Shown here: one piece after another, positions 36,436 to 49,887 of the stretch
Layout of the letters: each line of letters starts with the position of its first letter
How positions within the stretch are numbered: position 1 is the first letter of the stretch
Assembly (NCBI GenBank): GCA_977020255.1
Contig: CDROCS010005160.1
Span: forward strand, 1-64,000
Source of the DNA: Obrimoposthia wandeli
Taxonomy: Eukaryota
Reading direction: 5' to 3'
DNA: 64,000 bases
Notes under the pieces: model-generated
Database searches by the model: none
What the model saw: only the letters and a program-made list of their open reading frames with translations
Told to the model about the DNA's origin: nothing
Program-made: the position numbers and the translations under genes

Positions 36436-36753
36436 TCAAGTAGATCTTCGTATGGAGGCCCCAAACACCAGTTCTGTAGCGATAGGGCTTACATAGAGAT
36501 GTGGTCTACCTGTTCTATTCTTGTTTAATTGTACGATCTTTCCATCTGTGTGGTTGTGTTCTCGATTTACGATGTGGTACATCGAGAATGTTGCCCTGCA
36601 CATTGGACAGGATGGGAAGTCGAGGGACTTGGTGCTGTTGGCAATGGGTATCCAGGTCTTGAGGCAGTGAATGTGGAATTGGTGGCCGCAGATGTTAGGC
36701 TCTGCAAGCCAGTTCCAGATTGTCTTGTAACAGACGGAATATTCTCCAGACAT
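36436..36753 (-). CDS. RING-B 105 aa copy
   Basis: Identical protein. Confidence 0.55.
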   Translation of the reverse strand: MSGEYSVCYKTIWNWLAEPNICGHQFHIHCLKTWIPIANSTKSLDFPSCPMCRATFSMYHIVNREHNHTDGKIVQLNKNRTGRPHLYVSPIATELVFGASIRRST

Positions 36754-37384
36754 TGCAGTGGGTGAAGTGGTTTTGAGTTAGGACTCGGTTGAGGGTTGGT
36801 ATGTTGTGTGATATTTACACAAAAGTGGCTGTGTCCTGTCGTTCTGCCACACAGAAGAACAACCAACACTCTCTCAGTTTTCTATAACAATATTCCACTC
36901 GTACAACTACGTCCGCTTGGTTTGGTTCGATCATGATGTACTTTGTGAGTTGTCTTCTGCATACGGGGCAACAAAGTATGTTGGATGAGATAACTCTCCA
37001 TAACTTATGATACATTTTGATATACATTCCTCATGTTATAGGTGGTTGCAGGCATTGGGTCTTGCTCTTCGTACATTGTCAGAGTATAAAATAATCGCCA
37101 TCAATGGAAAAAATATTTTCAACTGGAAATATTTTATATAAACGATGTGGACAACTCCATTGCGATTATATTGTGCCGCTGGATTGTTCTGCTGATTTAC
37201 GTTGTATATGGACACTTACAGTTTATAATAATTCATTTTAAATTGAAAAAGTCAATTCAAAACAGAAATGAACATCTTATACGTGACATAAAAAGAAAAG
37301 CTCTACAAAATAAGTTGATTGAATTAAGCACTGAATTAAGAGAAAGTGAACAACATTTCAAACTTTTAAGAAAAATATAATTGA

Positions 37385-38175
37385 AAATAATTCAAAGGTT
37401 CTATGGTTTCTTAACAGATTGAATTTTTTTAATGGCCTACCGATTTAATAAATTTCCCCATTTAGCTGGATTCTAGTCATACTGGAACTTTCAGCTTCAA
37501 ATAGTAAAAGATTCAGTATTTAAAAATATCAATCATATAACGTATGCTTCCGACTAGAAATAGTCATTATTAACTATATATCGCATTTATTTACAACCTA
37601 TGAAAAGGTCTTCTAACTGTAGTTATACGAATGATCTGTCATTTGAATATTGTTGGGGTTTCTACAAACTACAATTATATTAATTTGAAATTTTACAAAC
37701 TTCTGTAGCGATTCTCCTTCTTTTTCATAGAGATGATTTATGTTCTTTATTCGAATATTTAGATTTGAAATAGGCTTCTAATTTCTTAATATCATCTATT
37801 GTTGGTTCTATTCTACTTAAACCTCTGTTAATCATTTCGATTTTGAATTTTATATTTATTAAATTTTATAAAGATCAATTGATCACGTGAATATTTTATA
37901 AATAAGTGTGTAAAATTAAACATTCTGTATCTAAATCAGTAAATATTTTTTTAAAATATAAACGATGTGGACGTTATATTGTGCCGCTGTATTGTTATTT
38001 AATATTTGTTTAAATAATATAAATTGAAAATCAATTCAAAACAGAAATAACCTCTTATAATTCATAAAAAGAAAAGCTCTACAAAATAAGTTGATTGAAT
38101 TAAGCAAATTAAGAGAAAGTGAACAACATTTCAAACATTAAAGAAAAATATAATTGAAAAGTCAATTCAAAAAAT
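37385..38175. other. Long spacer partly overwritten by short-unit sequence (probable consensus artefact)
   Basis: Mostly spacer sequence in order, with patches of short-unit sequence (e.g. AACGATGTGGAC...GTGCCGCTGTATTG, GAAAAGCTCTACAAAATAAG). Period is 2,038 bp. Confidence 0.75.
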
Positions 38176-38473
38176 GAGTTCTTAACAGAAGTTGAATTAC
38201 TGTATGGCCTACCCTTATTTGTCTCAATAAATTGAGGTCATTGCGTGAATTGTCAAAATCAAAGGAAATCTTCAGTTAAATAGTAAATTAGATTCAGTAA
38301 TAAAAATATATGTCCGATATGAACGCCTATTTCCGAAGCAATACTTATTTGGCAACTTACTGATGCGCTTTACTATTCGCACAACCTATAAAAGGTCACT
38401 AAATCTTTGTATCGCACCCAAATTAATCAAGTGTCATTATCCTATTGTTGGGGTTTCTATTTGAAACTCTTAT

Positions 38474-38791
38474 TCAAGTAGATCTTCGTATGGAGGCCCC
38501 AAACACCAGTTCTGTAGCGATAGGGCTTACATAGAGATGTGGTCTACCTGTTCTATTCTTGTTTAATTGTACGATCTTTCCATCTGTGTGGTTGTGTTCT
38601 CGATTTACGATGTGGTACATCGAGAATGTTGCCCTGCACATTGGACAGGATGGGAAGTCGAGGGACTTGGTGCTGTTGGCAATGGGTATCCAGGTCTTGA
38701 GGCAGTGAATGTGGAATTGGTGGCCGCAGATGTTAGGCTCTGCAAGCCAGTTCCAGATTGTCTTGTAACAGACGGAATATTCTCCAGACAT
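38474..38791 (-). CDS. RING-B 105 aa copy
   Basis: Identical protein. Confidence 0.55.
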   Translation of the reverse strand: MSGEYSVCYKTIWNWLAEPNICGHQFHIHCLKTWIPIANSTKSLDFPSCPMCRATFSMYHIVNREHNHTDGKIVQLNKNRTGRPHLYVSPIATELVFGASIRRST

Positions 38792-39740
38792 TGCAGTGGG
38801 TGAAGTGGTTTTGAGTTAGGACTCGGTTGAGGGTTGGTATGTTGTGTGATATTTACACAAAAGTGGCTGTGTCCTGTCGTTCTGCCACACAGAAGAACAA
38901 CCAACACTCTCTCAGTTTTCTATAACAATATTCCACTCGTACAACTACGTCCGCTTGGTTTGGTTCGATCATGATGTACTTTGTGAGTTGTCTTCTGCAT
39001 ACGGGGCAACAAAGTATGTTGGATGAGATAACTCTCCATAACTTATGATACATTTTGATATACATTCCTCGTGTTATAGGTGGTTGCAGGCATTGGGTCT
39101 TGCTCTTCGTACATTGTCAGAGTATAAAATAATCGCCATCAATGGAAAAAAATATTTTCAACTGGAAATATTTTATATAAACGATGTGGACAACTCCATT
39201 GCGATTATATTGTGCCGCTGTATTGTTCTGCTGATTTACGTTGTATATGGACACTTACAGTTTATAATAATTCATTTTAAATTGAAAAAGTCAATTCAAA
39301 ACAGAAATGAACATCTTATACGTGACATAAAAAGAAAAGCTCTACAAAATAAGTTGATTGAATTAAGCACTGAATTAAGAGAAAGTGAACAACATTTCAA
39401 ACTTTTAAGAAAAATATAATTGAAAAAGTCAATTCAAAAAATGAGTTCTTAACAGAAGTTGAATTACTGTATGGCCTACCCTTATTTGTCTCAATAAATT
39501 GAGGTCATTGCGTGAATTGTCAAAATCAAAGGAAATCTTCAGTTAAATAGTAAATTAGATTCAGTAATAAAAATATATGTCCGATATGAACGCCTATTTC
39601 CGAAGCAATACTTATTTGGCAACTTACTGATGCGCTTTACTATTCGCACAACCTATAAAAGGTCACTAAATCTTTGTATCGCACCCAAATTAATCAAGTG
39701 TCATTATCCTATTGTTGGGGTTTCTATTTGAAACTCTTAT

Positions 39741-40058
39741 TCAAGTAGATCTTCGTATGGAGGCCCCAAACACCAGTTCTGTAGCGATAGGGCTTACATA
39801 GAGATGTGGTCTACCTGTTCTATTCTTGTTTAATTGTACGATCTTTCCATCTGTGTGGTTGTGTTCTCGATTTACGATGTGGTACATCGAGAATGTTGCC
39901 CTGCACATTGGACAGGATGGGAAGTCGAGGGACTTGGTGCTGTTGGCAATGGGTATCCAGGTCTTGAGGCAGTGAATGTGGAATTGGTGGCCGCAGATGT
40001 TAGGCTCTGCAAGCCAGTTCCAGATTGTCTTGTAACAGACGGAATATTCTCCAGACAT
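39741..40058 (-). CDS. RING-B 105 aa copy
   Basis: Identical protein. Confidence 0.55.
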   Translation of the reverse strand: MSGEYSVCYKTIWNWLAEPNICGHQFHIHCLKTWIPIANSTKSLDFPSCPMCRATFSMYHIVNREHNHTDGKIVQLNKNRTGRPHLYVSPIATELVFGASIRRST

Positions 40059-41007
40059 TGCAGTGGGTGAAGTGGTTTTGAGTTAGGACTCGGTTGAGGG
40101 TTGGTATGTTGTGTGATATTTACACAAAAGTGGCTGTGTCCTGTCGTTCTGCCACACAGAAGAACAACCAACACTCTCTCAGTTTTCTATAACAATATTC
40201 CACTCGTACAACTACGTCCGCTTGGTTTGGTTCGATCATGATGTACTTTGTGAGTTGTCTTCTGCATACGGGGCAACAAAGTATGTTGGATGAGATAACT
40301 CTCCATAACTTATGATACATTTTGATATACATTCCTCGTGTTATAGGTGGTTGCAGGCATTGGGTCTTGCTCTTCGTACATTGTCAGAGTATAAAATAAT
40401 CGCCATCAATGGAAAAAATATTTTCAACTGGAAATATTTTATATAAACGATGTGGACAACTCCATTGCGATTATATTGTGCCGCTGGATTGTTCTGCTGA
40501 TTTACGTTGTATATGGACACTTACAGTTTATAATAATTCATTTTAAATTGAAAAAGTCAATTCAAAACAGAAATGAACATCTTATACGTGACATAAAAAG
40601 AAAAGCTCTACAAAATAAGTTGATTGAATTAAGCACTGAATTAAGAGAAAGTGAACAACATTTCAAACTTTTAAGAAAAATATAATTGAAAAAGTCAATT
40701 CAAAAAAATGAGTTCTTAACAGAAGTTGAATTACTGTATGGCCTACCCTTATTTGTCTCAATAAATTGAGGTCATTGCGTGAATTGTCAAAATCAAAGGA
40801 AATCTTCAGTTAAATAGTAAATTAGATTCAGTAATAAAAATATATGTCCGATATGAACGCCTATTTCCGAAGCAATACTTATTTGGCAACTTACTGATGC
40901 GCTTTACTATTCGCACAACCTATAAAAGGTCACTAAATCTTTGTATCGCACCCAAATTAATCAAGTGTCATTATCCTATTGTTGGGGTTTCTATTTGAAA
41001 CTCTTAT

Positions 41008-41325
41008 TCAAGTAGATCTTCGTATGGAGGCCCCAAACACCAGTTCTGTAGCGATAGGGCTTACATAGAGATGTGGTCTACCTGTTCTATTCTTGTTTAA
41101 TTGTACGATCTTTCCATCTGTGTGGTTGTGTTCTCGATTTACGATGTGGTACATCGAGAATGTTGCCCTGCACATTGGACAGGATGGGAAGTCGAGGGAC
41201 TTGGTGCTGTTGGCAATGGGTATCCAGGTCTTGAGGCAGTGAATGTGGAATTGGTGGCCGCAGATGTTAGGCTCTGCAAGCCAGTTCCAGATTGTCTTGT
41301 AACAGACGGAATATTCTCCAGACAT
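41008..41325 (-). CDS. RING-B 105 aa copy
   Basis: Identical protein. Confidence 0.55.
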   Translation of the reverse strand: MSGEYSVCYKTIWNWLAEPNICGHQFHIHCLKTWIPIANSTKSLDFPSCPMCRATFSMYHIVNREHNHTDGKIVQLNKNRTGRPHLYVSPIATELVFGASIRRST

Positions 41326-42276
41326 TGCAGTGGGTGAAGTGGTTTTGAGTTAGGACTCGGTTGAGGGTTGGTATGTTGTGTGATATTTACACAAAAGTGG
41401 CTGTGTCCTGTCGTTCTGCCACACAGAAGAACAACCAACACTCTCTCAGTTTTCTATAACAATATTCCACTCGTACAACTACGTCCGCTTGGTTTGGTTC
41501 GATCATGATGTACTTTGTGAGTTGTCTTCTGCATACGGGGCAACAAAGTATGTTGGATGAGATAACTCTCCATAACTTATGATACATTTTGATATACATT
41601 CCTCGTGTTATAGGTGGTTGCAGGCATTGGGTCTTGCTCTTCGTACATTGTCAGAGTATAAAATAATCGCCATCAATGGAAAAAAATATTTTCAACTGGA
41701 AATATTTTATATAAACGATGTGGACAACTCCATTGCGATTATATTGTGCCGCTGTATTGTTCTGCTGATTTACGTTGTATATGGACACTTACAGTTTATA
41801 ATAATTCATTTTAAATTGAAAAAGTCAATTCAAAACAGAAATGAACATCTTATACGTGACATAAAAAGAAAAGCTCTACAAAATAAGTTGATTGAATTAA
41901 GCACTGAATTAAGAGAAAGTGAACAACATTTCAAACTTTTAAGAAAAATATAATTGAAAAAGTCAATTCAAAAAATTTGAGTTCTTAACAGAAGTTGAAT
42001 TACTGTATGGCCTACCCTTATTTGTCTCAATAAATTGAGGTCATTGCGTGAATTGTCAAAATCAAAGGAAATCTTCAGTTAAATAGTAAATTAGATTCAG
42101 TAATAAAAATATATGTCCGATATGAACGCCTATTTCCGAAGCAATACTTATTTGGCAACTTACTGATGCGCTTTACTATTCGCACAACCTATAAAAGGTC
42201 ACTAAATCTTTGTATCGCACCCAAATTAATCAAGTGTCATTATCCTATTGTTGGGGTTTCTATTTGAAACTCTTAT

Positions 42277-42594
42277 TCAAGTAGATCTTCGTATGGAGGC
42301 CCCAAACACCAGTTCTGTAGCGATAGGGCTTACATAGAGATGTGGTCTACCTGTTCTATTCTTGTTTAATTGTACGATCTTTCCATCTGTGTGGTTGTGT
42401 TCTCGATTTACGATGTGGTACATCGAGAATGTTGCCCTGCACATTGGACAGGATGGGAAGTCGAGGGACTTGGTGCTGTTGGCAATGGGTATCCAGGTCT
42501 TGAGGCAGTGAATGTGGAATTGGTGGCCGCAGATGTTAGGCTCTGCAAGCCAGTTCCAGATTGTCTTGTAACAGACGGAATATTCTCCAGACAT
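42277..42594 (-). CDS. RING-B 105 aa copy
   Basis: Identical protein. Confidence 0.55.
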   Translation of the reverse strand: MSGEYSVCYKTIWNWLAEPNICGHQFHIHCLKTWIPIANSTKSLDFPSCPMCRATFSMYHIVNREHNHTDGKIVQLNKNRTGRPHLYVSPIATELVFGASIRRST

Positions 42595-43545
42595 TGCAGT
42601 GGGTGAAGTGGTTTTGAGTTAGGACTCGGTTGAGGGTTGGTATGTTGTGTGATATTTACACAAAAGTGGCTGTGTCCTGTCGTTCTGCCACACAGAAGAA
42701 CAACCAACACTCTCTCAGTTTTCTATAACAATATTCCACTCGTACAACTACGTCCGCTTGGTTTGGTTCGATCATGATGTACTTTGTGAGTTGTCTTCTG
42801 CATACGGGGCAACAAAGTATGTTGGATGAGATAACTCTCCATAACTTATGATACATTTTGATATACATTCCTCGTGTTATAGGTGGTTGCAGGCATTGGG
42901 TCTTGCTCTTCGTACATTGTCAGAGTATAAAATAATCGCCATCAATGGAAAAAAATATTTTCAACTGGAAATATTTTATATAAACGATGTGGACAACTCC
43001 ATTGCGATTATATTGTGCCGCTGTATTGTTCTGCTGATTTACGTTGTATATGGACACTTACAGTTTATAATAATTCATTTTAAATTGAAAAAGTCAATTC
43101 AAAACAGAAATGAACATCTTATACGTGACATAAAAAGAAAAGCTCTACAAAATAAGTTGATTGAATTAAGCACTGAATTAAGAGAAAGTGAACAACATTT
43201 CAAACTTTTAAGAAAAATATAATTGAAAAAGTCAATTCAAAAAATTTGAGTTCTTAACAGAAGTTGAATTACTGTATGGCCTACCCTTATTTGTCTCAAT
43301 AAATTGAGGTCATTGCGTGAATTGTCAAAATCAAAGGAAATCTTCAGTTAAATAGTAAATTAGATTCAGTAATAAAAATATATGTCCGATATGAACGCCT
43401 ATTTCCGAAGCAATACTTATTTGGCAACTTACTGATGCGCTTTACTATTCGCACAACCTATAAAAGGTCACTAAATCTTTGTATCGCACCCAAATTAATC
43501 AAGTGTCATTATCCTATTGTTGGGGTTTCTATTTGAAACTCTTAT

Positions 43546-43863
43546 TCAAGTAGATCTTCGTATGGAGGCCCCAAACACCAGTTCTGTAGCGATAGGGCTT
43601 ACATAGAGATGTGGTCTACCTGTTCTATTCTTGTTTAATTGTACGATCTTTCCATCTGTGTGGTTGTGTTCTCGATTTACGATGTGGTACATCGAGAATG
43701 TTGCCCTGCACATTGGACAGGATGGGAAGTCGAGGGACTTGGTGCTGTTGGCAATGGGTATCCAGGTCTTGAGGCAGTGAATGTGGAATTGGTGGCCGCA
43801 GATGTTAGGCTCTGCAAGCCAGTTCCAGATTGTCTTGTAACAGACGGAATATTCTCCAGACAT
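43546..43863 (-). CDS. RING-B 105 aa copy
   Basis: Identical protein. Confidence 0.55.
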   Translation of the reverse strand: MSGEYSVCYKTIWNWLAEPNICGHQFHIHCLKTWIPIANSTKSLDFPSCPMCRATFSMYHIVNREHNHTDGKIVQLNKNRTGRPHLYVSPIATELVFGASIRRST

Positions 43864-44814
43864 TGCAGTGGGTGAAGTGGTTTTGAGTTAGGACTCGGTT
43901 GAGGGTTGGTATGTTGTGTGATATTTACACAAAAGTGGCTGTGTCCTGTCGTTCTGCCACACAGAAGAACAACCAACACTCTCTCAGTTTTCTATAACAA
44001 TATTCCACTCGTACAACTACGTCCGCTTGGTTTGGTTCGATCATGATGTACTTTGTGAGTTGTCTTCTGCATACGGGGCAACAAAGTATGTTGGATGAGA
44101 TAACTCTCCATAACTTATGATACATTTTGATATACATTCCTCGTGTTATAGGTGGTTGCAGGCATTGGGTCTTGCTCTTCGTACATTGTCAGAGTATAAA
44201 ATAATCGCCATCAATGGAAAAAAATATTTTCAACTGGAAATATTTTATATAAACGATGTGGACAACTCCATTGCGATTATATTGTGCCGCTGTATTGTTC
44301 TGCTGATTTACGTTGTATATGGACACTTACAGTTTATAATAATTCATTTTAAATTGAAAAAGTCAATTCAAAACAGAAATGAACATCTTATACGTGACAT
44401 AAAAAGAAAAGCTCTACAAAATAAGTTGATTGAATTAAGCACTGAATTAAGAGAAAGTGAACAACATTTCAAACTTTTAAGAAAAATATAATTGAAAAAG
44501 TCAATTCAAAAAATTTGAGTTCTTAACAGAAGTTGAATTACTGTATGGCCTACCCTTATTTGTCTCAATAAATTGAGGTCATTGCGTGAATTGTCAAAAT
44601 CAAAGGAAATCTTCAGTTAAATAGTAAATTAGATTCAGTAATAAAAATATATGTCCGATATGAACGCCTATTTCCGAAGCAATACTTATTTGGCAACTTA
44701 CTGATGCGCTTTACTATTCGCACAACCTATAAAAGGTCACTAAATCTTTGTATCGCACCCAAATTAATCAAGTGTCATTATCCTATTGTTGGGGTTTCTA
44801 TTTGAAACTCTTAT

Positions 44815-45132
44815 TCAAGTAGATCTTCGTATGGAGGCCCCAAACACCAGTTCTGTAGCGATAGGGCTTACATAGAGATGTGGTCTACCTGTTCTATTCT
44901 TGTTTAATTGTACGATCTTTCCATCTGTGTGGTTGTGTTCTCGATTTACGATGTGGTACATCGAGAATGTTGCCCTGCACATTGGACAGGATGGGAAGTC
45001 GAGGGACTTGGTGCTGTTGGCAATGGGTATCCAGGTCTTGAGGCAGTGAATGTGGAATTGGTGGCCGCAGATGTTAGGCTCTGCAAGCCAGTTCCAGATT
45101 GTCTTGTAACAGACGGAATATTCTCCAGACAT
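44815..45132 (-). CDS. RING-B 105 aa copy
   Basis: Identical protein. Confidence 0.55.
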   Translation of the reverse strand: MSGEYSVCYKTIWNWLAEPNICGHQFHIHCLKTWIPIANSTKSLDFPSCPMCRATFSMYHIVNREHNHTDGKIVQLNKNRTGRPHLYVSPIATELVFGASIRRST

Positions 45133-46083
45133 TGCAGTGGGTGAAGTGGTTTTGAGTTAGGACTCGGTTGAGGGTTGGTATGTTGTGTGATATTTACACA
45201 AAAGTGGCTGTGTCCTGTCGTTCTGCCACACAGAAGAACAACCAACACTCTCTCAGTTTTCTATAACAATATTCCACTCGTACAACTACGTCCGCTTGGT
45301 TTGGTTCGATCATGATGTACTTTGTGAGTTGTCTTCTGCATACGGGGCAACAAAGTATGTTGGATGAGATAACTCTCCATAACTTATGATACATTTTGAT
45401 ATACATTCCTCGTGTTATAGGTGGTTGCAGGCATTGGGTCTTGCTCTTCGTACATTGTCAGAGTATAAAATAATCGCCATCAATGGAAAAAAATATTTTC
45501 AACTGGAAATATTTTATATAAACGATGTGGACAACTCCATTGCGATTATATTGTGCCGCTGTATTGTTCTGCTGATTTACGTTGTATATGGACACTTACA
45601 GTTTATAATAATTCATTTTAAATTGAAAAAGTCAATTCAAAACAGAAATGAACATCTTATACGTGACATAAAAAGAAAAGCTCTACAAAATAAGTTGATT
45701 GAATTAAGCACTGAATTAAGAGAAAGTGAACAACATTTCAAACTTTTAAGAAAAATATAATTGAAAAAGTCAATTCAAAAAATTTGAGTTCTTAACAGAA
45801 GTTGAATTACTGTATGGCCTACCCTTATTTGTCTCAATAAATTGAGGTCATTGCGTGAATTGTCAAAATCAAAGGAAATCTTCAGTTAAATAGTAAATTA
45901 GATTCAGTAATAAAAATATATGTCCGATATGAACGCCTATTTCCGAAGCAATACTTATTTGGCAACTTACTGATGCGCTTTACTATTCGCACAACCTATA
46001 AAAGGTCACTAAATCTTTGTATCGCACCTAAATTAATCAAGTGTCATTATCCTATTGTTGGGGTTTCTATTTGAAACTCTTAT

Positions 46084-46401
46084 TCAAGTAGATCTTCGTA
46101 TGGAGGCCCCAAACACCAGTTCTGTAGCGATAGGGCTTACATAGAGATGTGGTCTACCTGTTCTATTCTTGTTTAATTGTACGATCTTTCCATCTGTGTG
46201 GTTGTGTTCTCGATTTACGATGTGGTACATCGAGAATGTTGCCCTGCACATTGGACAGGATGGGAAGTCGAGGGACTTGGTGCTGTTGGCAATGGGTATC
46301 CAGGTCTTGAGGCAGTGAATGTGGAATTGGTGGCCGCAGATGTTAGGCTCTGCAAGCCAGTTCCAGATTGTCTTGTAACAGACGGAATATTCTCCAGACA
46401 T
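46084..46401 (-). CDS. RING-B 105 aa copy
   Basis: Identical protein. Confidence 0.55.
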   Translation of the reverse strand: MSGEYSVCYKTIWNWLAEPNICGHQFHIHCLKTWIPIANSTKSLDFPSCPMCRATFSMYHIVNREHNHTDGKIVQLNKNRTGRPHLYVSPIATELVFGASIRRST

Positions 46402-47353
46402 TGCAGTGGGTGAAGTGGTTTTGAGTTAGGACTCGGTTGAGGGTTGGTATGTTGTGTGATATTTACACAAAAGTGGCTGTGTCCTGTCGTTCTGCCACAC
46501 AGAAGAACAACCAACACTCTCTCAGTTTTCTATAACAATATTCCACTCGTACAACTACGTCCGCTTGGTTTGGTTCGATCATGATGTACTTTGTGAGTTG
46601 TCTTCTGCATACGGGGCAACAAAGTATGTTGGATGAGATAACTCTCCATAACTTATGATACATTTTGATATACATTCCTCGTGTTATAGGTGGTTGCAGG
46701 CATTGGGTCTTGCTCTTCGTACATTGTCAGAGTATAAAATAATCGCCATCAATGGAAAAAAATATTTTCAACTGGAAATATTTTATATAAACGATGTGGA
46801 CAACTCCATTGCGATTATATTGTGCCGCTGTATTGTTCTGCTGATTTACGTTGTATATGGACACTTACAGTTTATAATAATTCATTTTAAATTGAAAAAG
46901 TCAATTCAAAACAGAAATGAACATCTTATACGTGACATAAAAAAGAAAAGCTCTACAAAATAATTTGATTGAATTAAGCACTGAATTAAGAGAAAGTGAA
47001 CAACATTTCAAACTTTTAAGAAAAATCTAATTGTAAAAGTCAATTCAAAAAATTTGAGTTCTTAACAGAAGTTGAATTACTGTATGGCCTACCCTTATTT
47101 GTCTCAATAAATTGAGGTCATTGCGTGAATTGTCAAAATCAAAGGAAATCTTCAGTTAAATAGTAAATTAGATTCAGTAATAAAAATATATGTCCGATAT
47201 GAACGCCTATTTCCGAAGCAATACTTATTTGGCAACTTACTGATGCGCTTTACTATTCGCACAACCTATAAAAGGTCACTAAATCTTTGTATCGCACCCA
47301 AATTAATCAAGTGTCATTATCCTATTGTTGGGGTTTCTATTTGAAACTCTTAT

Positions 47354-47671
47354 TCAAGTAGATCTTCGTATGGAGGCCCCAAACACCAGTTCTGTAGCGA
47401 TAGGGCTTACATAGAGATGTGGTCTACCTGTTCTATTCTTGTTTAATTGTACGATCTTTCCATCTGTGTGGTTGTGTTCTCGATTTACGATGTGGTACAT
47501 CGAGAATGTTGCCCTGCACATTGGACAGGATGGGAAGTCGAGGGACTTGGTGCTGTTGGCAATGGGTATCCAGGTCTTGAGGCAGTGAATGTGGAATTGG
47601 TGGCCGCAGATGTTAGGCTCTGCAAGCCAGTTCCAGATTGTCTTGTAACAGACGGAATATTCTCCAGACAT
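47354..47671 (-). CDS. RING-B 105 aa copy
   Basis: Identical protein. Confidence 0.55.
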   Translation of the reverse strand: MSGEYSVCYKTIWNWLAEPNICGHQFHIHCLKTWIPIANSTKSLDFPSCPMCRATFSMYHIVNREHNHTDGKIVQLNKNRTGRPHLYVSPIATELVFGASIRRST

Positions 47672-48619
47672 TGCAGTGGGTGAAGTGGTTTTGAGTTAGG
47701 ACTCGGTTGAGGGTTGGTATGTTGTGTGATATTTACACAAAAGTGGCTGTGTCCTGTCGTTCTGCCACACAGAAGAACAACCAACACTCTCTCAGTTTTC
47801 TATAACAATATTCCACTCGTACAACTACGTCCGCTTGGTTTGGTTCGATCATGATGTACTTTGTGAGTTGTCTTCTGCATACGGGGCAACAAAGTATGTT
47901 GGATGAGATAACTCTCCATAACTTATGATACATTTTGATATACATTCCTCGTGTTATAGGTGGTTGCAGGCATTGGGTCTTGCTCTTCGTACATTGTCAG
48001 AGTATAAAATAATCGCCATCAATGGAAAAAATATTTTCAACTGGAAATATTTTATATAAACGATGTGGACAACTCCATTGCGATTATATTGTGCCGCTGT
48101 ATTGTTCTGCTGATTTACGTTGTATATGGACACTTACAGTTTATAATAATTCATTTTAAATTGAAAAAGTCAATTCAAAACAGAAATGAACATCTTATAC
48201 GTGACATAAAAAGAAAAGCTCTACAAAATAAGTTGATTGAATTAAGCACTGAATTAAGAGAAAGTGAACAACATTTCAAACTTTTAAGAAAAATATAATT
48301 GAAAAAGTCAATTCAAAAAATGAGTTCTTAACAGAAGTTGAATTACTGTATGGCCTACCCTTATTTGTCTCAATAAATTGAGGTCATTGCGTGAATTGTC
48401 AAAATCAAAGGAAATCTTCAGTTAAATAGTAAATTAGATTCAGTAATAAAAATATATGTCCGATATGAACGCCTATTTCCGAAGCAATACTTATTTGGCA
48501 ACTTACTGATGCGCTTTACTATTCGCACAACCTATAAAAGGTCACTAAATCTTTGTATCGCACCCAAATTAATCAAGTGTCATTATCCTATTGTTGGGGT
48601 TTCTATTTGAAACTCTTAT

Positions 48620-48937
48620 TCAAGTAGATCTTCGTATGGAGGCCCCAAACACCAGTTCTGTAGCGATAGGGCTTACATAGAGATGTGGTCTACCTGTTCT
48701 ATTCTTGTTTAATTGTACGATCTTTCCATCTGTGTGGTTGTGTTCTCGATTTACGATGTGGTACATCGAGAATGTTGCCCTGCACATTGGACAGGATGGG
48801 AAGTCGAGGGACTTGGTGCTGTTGGCAATGGGTATCCAGGTCTTGAGGCAGTGAATGTGGAATTGGTGGCCGCAGATGTTAGGCTCTGCAAGCCAGTTCC
48901 AGATTGTCTTGTAACAGACGGAATATTCTCCAGACAT
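48620..48937 (-). CDS. RING-B 105 aa copy
   Basis: Identical protein. Confidence 0.55.
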   Translation of the reverse strand: MSGEYSVCYKTIWNWLAEPNICGHQFHIHCLKTWIPIANSTKSLDFPSCPMCRATFSMYHIVNREHNHTDGKIVQLNKNRTGRPHLYVSPIATELVFGASIRRST

Positions 48938-49887
48938 TGCAGTGGGTGAAGTGGTTTTGAGTTAGGACTCGGTTGAGGGTTGGTATGTTGTGTGATATTT
49001 ACACAAAAGTGGCTGTGTCCTGTCGTTCTGCCACACAGAAGAACAACCAACACTCTCTCAGTTTTCTATAACAATATTCCACTCGTACAACTACGTCCGC
49101 TTGGTTTGGTTCGATCATGATGTACTTTGTGAGTTGTCTTCTGCATACGGGGCAACAAAGTATGTTGGATGAGATAACTCTCCATAACTTATGATACATT
49201 TTGATATACATTCCTCGTGTTATAGGTGGTTGCAGGCATTGGGTCTTGCTCTTCGTACATTGTCAGAGTATAAAATAATCGCCATCAATGGAAAAAACTA
49301 TTTTCAACTGGAAATATTTTATATAAACGATGTGGACAACTCCATTGCGATTATATTGTGCCGCTGTATTGTTCTGCTGATTTACGTTGTATATGGACAC
49401 TTACAGTTTATAATAATTCATTTTAAATTGAAAAAGTCAATTCAAAACAGAAATGAACATCTTATACGTGACATAAAAAGAAAAGCTCTACAAAATAAGT
49501 TGATTGAATTAAGCACTGAATTAAGAGAAAGTGAACAACATTTCAAACTTTTAAGAAAAATATAATTGAAAAAGTCAATTCAAAAAAATGAGTTCTTAAC
49601 AGAAGTTGAATTACTGTATGGCCTACCCTTATTTGTCTCAATAAATTGAGGTCATTGCGTGAATTGTCAAAATCAAAGGAAATCTTCAGTTAAATAGTAA
49701 ATTAGATTCAGTAATAAAAATATATGTCCGATATGAACGCCTATTTCCGAAGCAATACTTATTTGGCAACTTACTGATGCGCTTTACTATTCGCACAACC
49801 TATAAAAGGTCACTAAATCTTTGTATCGCACCCAAATTAATCAAGTGTCATTATCCTATTGTTGGGGTTTCTATTTGAAACTCTTAT

